Positions 38,063 to 45,325 of a stretch of 48,315 bases of DNA are shown here, one piece after another. The DNA is taken from the NCBI GenBank assembly GCA_043767805.1, contig JAYUGC010000184.1, positions 1-48,315 on the forward strand, read 5' to 3'. The DNA comes from Pseudomonadota bacterium (GTDB lineage: Bacteria > Bdellovibrionota > FAC87 > UBA2466). The stretch's first letter is position 1. Each line of letters begins with the position of its first letter. Under the pieces are notes generated by a model. It did no database searches and was not told the DNA's origin. It saw only the letters and a list, made by a program, of their open reading frames with translations. The position numbers and the translations under genes are program-made.

Positions 38063-39298
38063 CTACTCTTCTTCTGCTTTGGCGAGCCTCGCTAAAAACT
38101 CGACGAGATTCTGCCAGCGGGCCTCGGAAACATTCTTGAAGGAGAGTCCCCCTACGATGGGAAAATCGCGCGAGGAGTTTGGACCCAAGCGCGCCACCTG
38201 ACACGTGAGCGTGAGGTTATTGCCCTGCTGGGCGATGGGAAGCGTGACCAGCACCGTCTCGCCGATTTTAAGTCCCTCGGCCGCGCGAAAGCCGAGGCCC
38301 CCGATGCTGATATCAGTGATCTGAATTTTAACCGTCTTCGCCTCGGAAGTGGTGACCTCACCGATGAGAAGGCAGACGAGCCTGTCGCCCTGACGTTTGT
38401 CGTTATTGAGATAAAGCACGAGCCAGCGGTTGGGCGCCGTAATCCACGCGTTCCAGAAAAGGACGCCGAGCACCAAGATCGCGCCGGTGACCGTTTGGAA
38501 ATTGATAGGCGTTTCCTGCCAGGCGAAGAAGGAAAGCAGTAAAGCCAAACCGGGCGTCACGATGGTGAGAATGAGCGAGCTCACGTTGCCCTTGCGGACG
38601 CGGTAAAAATGGGCGCCGAGCCCGGTGACGATGAAAGAAAAGAAGAGGAGCAGCGACCAATAGGACCGCGTCCAACGGGGAATCAGCGCATACTCATTGG
38701 CCGTCAGCGCGAGCAGGCTATGAGTCACGCCCGCAAAAAGCATGCTCCAGAAATTCAAGTCCATGGCGGCATGGAGCCAGAACAAGCGGCGCGAGACCCA
38801 GACGCCCGCCATGAAAGCGATCATGCCGACGACCAGCGCTATCGTCGATAAAAAGCCTCCTCCTCGCAAATCAGCCTGTTCCCAAACTCCCCAGGTCACC
38901 AATAGGAGACCGACGACGATAAAGACGTGCTGCCAAAGCCGATCCCCGCCCTCCCCGTAGGCCGCGAGTAAAAACCAGATCGGAATAGAGACATACATCA
39001 GGGAACCCAGGCCGGAGGGCAACGCGCGGAGAGCGAAAAAGCAAAGCACCGGGGATAAAACATGGGCGAGCGCCGCGACCGTAATGGACGCATGAAAGAG
39101 GCGGAGCGAAATTTGGGGAAGCCGCCGAGTCGTAATCCACCCGAGCACGAGAAGCACCAAGGCGGCGGAGAAGAACCGCACGGCTTGGGGCAGAAAGATC
39201 GCGGTATCAAGCCGCGCCAATACAGCGATGCAAAGCCAGGTGGTCGAAAGGACCGCGCCCAGAATGAGTGTCTTTACGATTTCAATGAGCCCGGCCAC
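38063..39298 (-). CDS. EamA/DMT transporter fused to a C-terminal PilZ domain
   Basis: 10 TM EamA (STTW, RF, LPSGL.S, P.W, TP..ALL, W.E) then KRQGDR (RxxxR) and DISIGG (DxSxxG), G..V.V.L, GLSF. Confidence 0.88.
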   Translation of the reverse strand: MAGLIEIVKTLILGAVLSTTWLCIAVLARLDTAIFLPQAVRFFSAALVLLVLGWITTRRLPQISLRLFHASITVAALAHVLSPVLCFFALRALPSGLGSLMYVSIPIWFLLAAYGEGGDRLWQHVFIVVGLLLVTWGVWEQADLRGGGFLSTIALVVGMIAFMAGVWVSRRLFWLHAAMDLNFWSMLFAGVTHSLLALTANEYALIPRWTRSYWSLLLFFSFIVTGLGAHFYRVRKGNVSSLILTIVTPGLALLLSFFAWQETPINFQTVTGAILVLGVLFWNAWITAPNRWLVLYLNNDKRQGDRLVCLLIGEVTTSEAKTVKIQITDISIGGLGFRAAEGLKIGETVLVTLPIAQQGNNLTLTCQVARLGPNSSRDFPIVGGLSFKNVSEARWQNLVEFLARLAKAEEE

Positions 39299-39299
39299 G

Positions 39300-39893
39300 T
39301 CACTCCTTGGGTGAGAAGCTGATTTCCCCTTCGACCGCCACTTTGTCTTCCGCGGGGATTCCCCACTTGGTCGGGATCGGGATGGAAAAATCGGTAAGCG
39401 TGAAGTCGGAGTGAATCACCCAGCGGATGACTTTACCATCGACCGTCCCTTCCACCCGCATCTCGGGATAACTGACTCGCTTTCCAATTTCAATCCGGGG
39501 GCGAATCATGAAACGGTACGGATCCCCCTCTTTGTGGCGCTGATTCACGTTCGTGAACGATTCCCCGATTATCTTGATTTTCGGCGCACCGAGAAGTGTT
39601 CCGACGGTACGGGCCAGCGCCCCTTCGGGCGGCTCGTCCAGTTCGGAAACGTCGAGCTCCAAGTTATAGCTGATGCCCTTCATGGTGGCGGCCGGATTAA
39701 AGCGAAGCGTGCCCCGGAGATTTCTGCCCGAAAGCCTCACGACTCGAAAGGGATGCCGGACGACGGCGGAAAAAAAGTTACTGGCGACGCGATAAGTGAT
39801 TACGCCCGGAGTTTCCTGAAACGAGAACTGTTCGGCGACAAGCGGCGTGGCCCACGCGAAAAAGAGAAGAATGGCCAGTGAGGTCGTACGCAT
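39300..39893 (-). CDS. YceI-like secreted beta-barrel (lipid/polyisoprenoid-binding) protein
   Basis: Signal peptide; H....V....G.L, LDVSEL, P.I.I, F.LTDF.I..P......D.V.V. Confidence 0.6.
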   Translation of the reverse strand: MRTTSLAILLFFAWATPLVAEQFSFQETPGVITYRVASNFFSAVVRHPFRVVRLSGRNLRGTLRFNPAATMKGISYNLELDVSELDEPPEGALARTVGTLLGAPKIKIIGESFTNVNQRHKEGDPYRFMIRPRIEIGKRVSYPEMRVEGTVDGKVIRWVIHSDFTLTDFSIPIPTKWGIPAEDKVAVEGEISFSPKE

Positions 39894-39930
39894 GGAGTGA
39901 GAAAAGAATACCGCGAGCCGGGACTAAAAG

Positions 39931-40518
39931 TCATCGAAAGCGGTATCGGTAGATAAAATCATCCGGCGTGGCCCACTTGCCGTCGGCGCCTGCCGATCTC
40001 AGCTCGAAGCCTCGCTCGGTCAAAACGTAGTCGAAACTTCCGCCCCACGGGTCCGTGGGCCGTCTGGCTTCGGCGCCGCAATCGGCGGCGTTGGCCGGCG
40101 GGGAACCTCTTTGCCGGGCGCAGGCTTGATAGAACCCGGCGAGCTTATCTGCCACCGCGTTCGCCATGCCCTGGCGCCGCAAAGGCAAAGCGGCCGGGGA
40201 GACGAGCATGGCCCAAAAACAAAAGGCGACGATCGCGGTCACCACGTACGCGTTTCGCCGGCGGCGTAACCCCTCGGTACTCGCTTCGATGGCGGGTCGG
40301 GAGCTTCCCCAGTAAAACGCTTCTCCCCCGAAAGCGAAGGCGAGCAGTAAGGGCCACGCGTGCCCCGGCAGGACGGCGAGCAGGAACCAAAAAGGAAGAA
40401 TGCCGGCCGCCGCCGCCCGATACCGGCGCTGGTACAGCTGGCCCATCCCCGGAAGGCAGAAACTGAGAAAACCCGGCATAAAGCCCGGGCGTTCCCCCAA
40501 TTCTTTTAGTGTGAGCAT
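39931..40518 (-). CDS. Membrane protein with a C-terminal GspG/pseudopilin-like domain
   Basis: LSFCLPGMGQLY (TM2/DUF5683-like) N-terminus; DPWG..FDY....FELRSAGADG...T.DD. Confidence 0.75.
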   Translation of the reverse strand: MLTLKELGERPGFMPGFLSFCLPGMGQLYQRRYRAAAAGILPFWFLLAVLPGHAWPLLLAFAFGGEAFYWGSSRPAIEASTEGLRRRRNAYVVTAIVAFCFWAMLVSPAALPLRRQGMANAVADKLAGFYQACARQRGSPPANAADCGAEARRPTDPWGGSFDYVLTERGFELRSAGADGKWATPDDFIYRYRFR

Positions 40519-40554
40519 GGGCGCCATTATCCCACGATTTACGAAAGGTTCGAG

Positions 40555-41151
40555 TTACTGACCGACACCGGCCAGCTTGAGAAGATTCGGATCGAGCCCG
40601 CCACCCGAGGTTCCGTCACAAGCCGGATCTTTTTGAAACGACTGGATGAGGACCTGAGCGATCTGCTGCTGTCCGCCGCCGAAAGAGCTGTTTTTCTGAA
40701 TGGCCGAGAGCGTGAGGAAGGAGACGGCGTTCTGCCAGCCCTTCTTGATCATGCAAAGGCCATAGGTGAATTTCTTCTGCGCGACCAGAAACGGATCCCG
40801 CTGCAAGGGGATCATTTTCGGCGTCAGCGTGTTCGCGATGGCCGCGTTCATGATGTGATTCGCGGTCACGAATTGCATCATGGGCGAAATCTGGCCATAG
40901 CGCATGGAGTTCAAAACGCCGGTCGGCAGGAAAGCTCCGCCGCCCGCGTTGAAGGTGACCTGGCCCATGTTCATGATCCAGCTATAAACATCGCCCGTGT
41001 TGCCGGGTTCCGCGCGTGCCGGGCGGGCCGCGAAAACCGCGAGCGCCACAAGAGCGAAGAAGATCCACTTCGATAAAAGTCGTAAGTGATTGGGTGCCGC
41101 GAGAGCGCGGGCCTTAAGCCGAGGAAGGGTCGATTTTTGAATGCGACTCAT
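40555..41151 (-). CDS. Secreted hypothetical protein
   Basis: Hydrophobic signal ending ARA-E; host-like codon usage. Confidence 0.75.
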   Translation of the reverse strand: MSRIQKSTLPRLKARALAAPNHLRLLSKWIFFALVALAVFAARPARAEPGNTGDVYSWIMNMGQVTFNAGGGAFLPTGVLNSMRYGQISPMMQFVTANHIMNAAIANTLTPKMIPLQRDPFLVAQKKFTYGLCMIKKGWQNAVSFLTLSAIQKNSSFGGGQQQIAQVLIQSFQKDPACDGTSGGGLDPNLLKLAGVGQ

Positions 41152-41217
41152 GATGTAGTACCCCGATGCAAAACTCTTTGGTGCCGTTTAATCGCAAGAT
41201 GACTTACGGGATTATTT

Positions 41218-41233
41218 TGCAAGCGGTGTGCCG
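41218..41233 (-). promoter_or_regulatory. Sigma54 promoter candidate for 40555-41151
   Basis: CGGCACACCGCTTGCA (GG-N10-GC). Confidence 0.6.
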
Positions 41234-41462
41234 TCACCCGAATACGCACGGAAGGCGAAGTGTCTGGTATACACCACACGTCCAAGCTTTGGTCGGCCCG
41301 GAAATCGCGCCGATTACCCTCTTCCTTTCAATTACTTAGCCTGTATGAGGCTTCGACACCGGGGGTCCGGGTGGCCTAACCCCCGGATTTCCCTAGGGTC
41401 CCTTGAATTGGGTGAGGGATTTCGGTAGATTCGCCGCGTTCAAACCGGAGCCTCTTACCCAA

Positions 41463-42461
41463 ATGGAAGCAAAACGCCCGAAGGCCATCGCCCTCATGTC
41501 TGGGGGCCTCGACAGCACGCTTGCCGCCAAGATCGTTGCCGATCAGGGCGTGGAAGTCGTGGGGCTTCATCTCGTTTCGCCTTTGGGGTGCCGGGAGTCC
41601 GTGCAGAAAAACGCCGATGCCGCGGGCGTCCGGGTTCTCTTTCGCGATAAAGGCGAGGCGTACCTCGATCTGGTGAAGAACCCTCGCTTTGGCTACGGCA
41701 GCCAGATGAACCCGTGCATCGATTGCCGGATTTTCATGTTTCAGCTGGCCGACGTGGTTCGTCAGGACGAAGGCGCGGACTTCATCGTCACCGGCGAAGT
41801 GGTCGGACAGCGGCCCATGTCGCAGGTCAGACGTTCCCTCGATCTCATCGATCGCAACCTTCCCTTTGAAGGCTTGGTCTTGCGCCCGTTGTCGGCGAAG
41901 TACTTAACGAAGACCATCCCCGAGGAAAAAGGCTGGGTGAACCGCGAACAGATGTACCGCATTGGCGGCAGAAGCCGGGGCGCGCAGTTCGCCATCGCGA
42001 AAAAGCTCGGCATCACGGATTACGAAGCCCCGGGCGGAGGCTGTCTCCTCACCGAAGGATCCTTCACGGGACGGCTCAAAGATTTCTTCAAGCACGATAC
42101 GGAGACGGGGCCCGTGCGCCTTGCGCAAACCGCGCTGCTTCGCCTCGGCCGGCATTTTCGCTTCAGCGAAGCGCTCAAAGTGATCGTCGGCAGGAACGAG
42201 GTCGAGAATTACGAGATGGAAGCCCTGTGGCCCAAGACGGGCGGCACGTTTTTTCTGCCTCGCGGTTTTTCGGGTCCCATGTCGCTTGCGATCGGGCCCG
42301 TCACGGCCGAGGACCGGGCGGAGATCGGCCGCCTCATCGTCCGCTACAGCAAAGGCGCCGAGCCTTTTCGGATCGAGGAGAAGACCGCGACCGAGACCAG
42401 TTTTTTCGAAGCCAAGGAAGCCATGGAGGAGGAGCGGGTCAACCGCTTGAGAATCGCATGA
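41463..42461 (+). CDS. PP-loop tRNA thiouridylase-like protein (ThiI/MnmA-like, DUF814-associated type)
   Basis: SGGLDS, GYG..MNPCIDCR, TGEVVGQRPMSQ, LRPLSAK, PGGGCLLT, GRHFR. Confidence 0.85.
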   Translation: MEAKRPKAIALMSGGLDSTLAAKIVADQGVEVVGLHLVSPLGCRESVQKNADAAGVRVLFRDKGEAYLDLVKNPRFGYGSQMNPCIDCRIFMFQLADVVRQDEGADFIVTGEVVGQRPMSQVRRSLDLIDRNLPFEGLVLRPLSAKYLTKTIPEEKGWVNREQMYRIGGRSRGAQFAIAKKLGITDYEAPGGGCLLTEGSFTGRLKDFFKHDTETGPVRLAQTALLRLGRHFRFSEALKVIVGRNEVENYEMEALWPKTGGTFFLPRGFSGPMSLAIGPVTAEDRAEIGRLIVRYSKGAEPFRIEEKTATETSFFEAKEAMEEERVNRLRIA

Positions 42462-43156
42462 ATGAACCCGCCACGGATTTAAGTAAAGTCATCGTAGCTC
42501 TCGATTATACGGAGCCCGACAAAGCGTTTCAGCTCGTCGACGAGCTGGGCGACTTAATCGAATGGTACAAGGTCGGGCCCCTACTCTTCACGCAAAGCGG
42601 CTACGAGATCATCGAGTTCCTGCATAGCCGCCGGAAGTCCATTTTTCTCGACTTGAAGCTCTACGACACGCCTCGCGTAGTTCGCGACACCGTTAAGCAG
42701 TTCGGTGAGCTCGGCATCCGCATGGCGAGCGTGCATTGCATGGGTGGACACAGCATGCTCGAAGCGGCGGCCCAAGGTTTGCGCGGCTCACAGCTCAGAC
42801 TTCTCGGCATCACGTTTTTGACGACGCAATCCATTGGCGATGCGGCGGGCATCGGCTTTCCGAATACGGAAAACGAGCTCGTCTCGAAGCTTCTGGATCT
42901 GGCTCTCGAGCACCGCTTGAGTGGCGTGCTTTGCTCTCCGCAGGAGCTGAGCGAAGTGCGCCCGAGAGTTTTGCCCGGCACCCTTCTCGTCTCGGCGGGC
43001 ATCCGCCCCGACCGGCGCGAAGTGTACCAAGAAGACCAAAAGCGGGTCGCGACGCCGAAAGAAGCCATCGACATGGGCGCCGATTATCTCGTGGTGGGAC
43101 GCCCCATTCTGCAATCGCGCGAGCCTCGTAAGGTCGTAGAAACGTTGTTCCACTAA
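42458..43156 (+). CDS. pyrF: Orotidine-5'-phosphate decarboxylase
   Basis: IVALD, KVG, FLDLKLYD.P, GIRP, DQKR..TP..A...GADYLVVGRPI; ATG 42458. Confidence 0.93.
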   Translation: MNEPATDLSKVIVALDYTEPDKAFQLVDELGDLIEWYKVGPLLFTQSGYEIIEFLHSRRKSIFLDLKLYDTPRVVRDTVKQFGELGIRMASVHCMGGHSMLEAAAQGLRGSQLRLLGITFLTTQSIGDAAGIGFPNTENELVSKLLDLALEHRLSGVLCSPQELSEVRPRVLPGTLLVSAGIRPDRREVYQEDQKRVATPKEAIDMGADYLVVGRPILQSREPRKVVETLFH

Positions 43157-43911
43157 TGATTAAACCGCTCTCCAATAATTCCATCGAGGTTACGTCCATC
43201 AACGCCATCGAGCACGTGCTCCAGCACCGGCCCGATCGCGTGAAACAGCTTTTGGTCTCCCGCAAGGCGAGTAAACGCATTCAGGAAGTGCAGAAGCTCG
43301 CCGAGTCGCTGAAGATTCCCGTTCACTTCAAGAACGACGACCGCGATCGCGAGAGCGAGCCCATGATCGCGTCGCTCGCGCCTTTTACCTACACGGAGCT
43401 CAATCCCTTTTTGGATAAGATGGCGGCCCCCGGCGTGGGCAAAGCCATGGTCGTGGCACTGGACCACCTTCAAGATCCGCAGAATCTCGGCGCCCTTTGC
43501 CGGACCGCGGAAGCCCTCGGCGCCAAGGCGCTCCTCGTCCCGAAGGATCGCGCGGTGCCGGTGAGCGCCGGCGTTTACCACGCTTCGGTCGGCGCCGTTG
43601 AGACCTTGCCCATCGTTCAAGTGGTCAATCTCGGCGAAGGCCTGCGCCGCTTGAAAGAAGCGGGCTTTTGGATCGTCGGCGCCTCTTTGGGCGAAGGCGC
43701 GACGAACCCGTGGGAAGTGCCGGATTTCGAGAAGATCGTTTTAGTGCTCGGCGCCGAGCTCGAAGGCATCAGCCCCGGCGTGGAAAAGATTTGCGACTGG
43801 CGCGTGAAGATTCCCATCGTTGGCCGCGTGCAGAGCATGAACGTCAGCGCCGCGGGCGCGGTGCTCATGTATGAGTGGGCTCGCCGCGCGCAAGTGCCGG
43901 GAAAGCCCTAG
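43156..43911 (+). CDS. rlmB: 23S rRNA Gm2251 methyltransferase (SPOUT)
   Basis: LD.LQDPQNLGA..RTA, S.GA, VLGAE..G, IPI.G.VQS.NVS.A. Confidence 0.9.
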   Translation: MIKPLSNNSIEVTSINAIEHVLQHRPDRVKQLLVSRKASKRIQEVQKLAESLKIPVHFKNDDRDRESEPMIASLAPFTYTELNPFLDKMAAPGVGKAMVVALDHLQDPQNLGALCRTAEALGAKALLVPKDRAVPVSAGVYHASVGAVETLPIVQVVNLGEGLRRLKEAGFWIVGASLGEGATNPWEVPDFEKIVLVLGAELEGISPGVEKICDWRVKIPIVGRVQSMNVSAAGAVLMYEWARRAQVPGKP

Positions 43912-43965
43912 CAGGCCGTAAGACGTCAGCCTACCCCGTCGGCTTCACCACAAGCACGGGTAAGC
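43904..43965. repeat. Imperfect ~60-bp direct repeat with 44699-44763
   Basis: AGCCCTAG..GACGTCAGcCTAcCcCGtCgGCTT..AAGCA..GGGTaAGC versus AGCCCTAG..GACGTCAGgCTAtCtCGcCaGCTT..AAGCA..GGGGTgAGC. Confidence 0.5.
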
Positions 43966-44190
43966 TGACGACGTACGCGTCTCGCCGTCGACATTCGGAA
44001 AATCGCTTCTTGCAATCCCATTGAGTACGTAAATTTCTTGGACGGTGTTGACCAGGAGTGGCCATTGCTCGCATGCCTAGTTGAAGACGGCATATAAGTT
44101 GCTTTTGGGTTAGTTCCTGTAACCAAGCATTTTAGCAACTATTTGATTAGTTCAGTCTCTAGACTGCGCTGATTCGAGAGCGGAGTTCCC

Positions 44191-44706
44191 ATGCGATTTG
44201 CACTGTTTGCCGCCCTTCTCTTTTCCGTGATTGCCCTGGGCGAGCGGCCTAGCGCGAATGAATTTAATGAACAGTTACGGCGGGCCGGCGATGTGGCACG
44301 CGATATCTATCAGAAGTCCGTGGCGGCCGAGCGTGCAAGCATAAAAGAGGCACTGGAGCTCGACTTGTCGCTTTTGGAATTACACGACTCGCCGGGCGAA
44401 AATCTGGAGCGGGCTAAGCTGAAACGAGAGCTGCAAACGGCATCCACAAAAGCTGGCGAATTGATCGTGAATCGTTTCTGTGAAAGCTTTGTAACCCATC
44501 GCCGTCTGGACTTATCGGACTTGGCGCTGGTGCGCGCCGCCGATCGCGCGGGGGCCCTATATGCCAGGTTATTCTGTTTGGATACTTTCGGTGTTCAACG
44601 CTTCTTGAGCCTAACGGAGTGCAAGCCTTCGTTTCCACCCCACGCTGAGAGTAAATCCTCGTCGATCCCTTCTGGATATCCGGAGAGGTTTCCGCACCAG
44701 CCCTAG
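44191..44706 (+). CDS. Hypothetical secreted protein (possibly truncated)
   Basis: GGAG RBS, signal peptide, helical N-terminal half; the C-terminal end looks non-native. Confidence 0.55.
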   Translation: MRFALFAALLFSVIALGERPSANEFNEQLRRAGDVARDIYQKSVAAERASIKEALELDLSLLELHDSPGENLERAKLKRELQTASTKAGELIVNRFCESFVTHRRLDLSDLALVRAADRAGALYARLFCLDTFGVQRFLSLTECKPSFPPHAESKSSSIPSGYPERFPHQP

Positions 44707-44726
44707 ACCAAAAATATGACGTCAGG

Positions 44727-45296
44727 CTATCTCGCCAGCTTTGCGTAAGCAGCTGGGGTGAGCATCGACTCGCCGCGATGGGAGGCGTCGATGGTGTTGA
44801 CGAGGTACTTGTAGAGGTCGAGACCATTAAGTTTCGCACTTTCGATGAGACTGTAGAGGACCGCAGTGGTGGCAGCACCCCGTCGGGAGTGGTTACCGAA
44901 GAAGTTTTTTCTGCCGATGACGGGGCCTCTAAGCCCGCGCTCCGCCCGATTGTTATCGATGGGTAGCGTGCCATGGGCAAGAAACGCCGTAAGACCTTCC
45001 CAGTGGTTGATGAGATACGATCTAGCTTTTCCGATTGCCGACTTGGGGAGCGGATTGAGAGCGATGACGTACCCGACCATCTCTTTGAGCAGAGGTTCGG
45101 ATCTAGTCTTTCTTTCGAAGAGCCTTTCCTGGGGTTGGCATTCTTTGGTTTCGGCTTCGATAGCGTAGAGCTTTTTGTACAGCTCGATAACACAGGTAGC
45201 TTCCGGGTAGTTTCTCTCAGCCTCAATGAATTTTCTTCTGGCGTGAGCGTTACAGAAGGCATTTTTCTTTCCGGCCTCCTTCACGGGCTTCCGCAT
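44727..45296 (-). mobile_element. tnpC: Truncated IS66-family transposase (TnpC C-terminal fragment)
   Basis: AFCNAHARRKF, LY.IE, PKS.IGKA..Y..NHW..L..FL..G..PIDNN.AER.LR..VIGRKN..F, YSLIESAKLNG; no N-terminus or tnpA/tnpB present. Confidence 0.92.
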
Positions 45297-45325
45297 GGTG
45301 GGTTAGGCTTCAGTTTCGGCATAAG

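Noticed and set aside
43926..44138. 70-aa minus-strand ORF after rlmB
   Set aside because: TTG start, no RBS or motif, atypical composition; more likely degenerate mobile-element sequence
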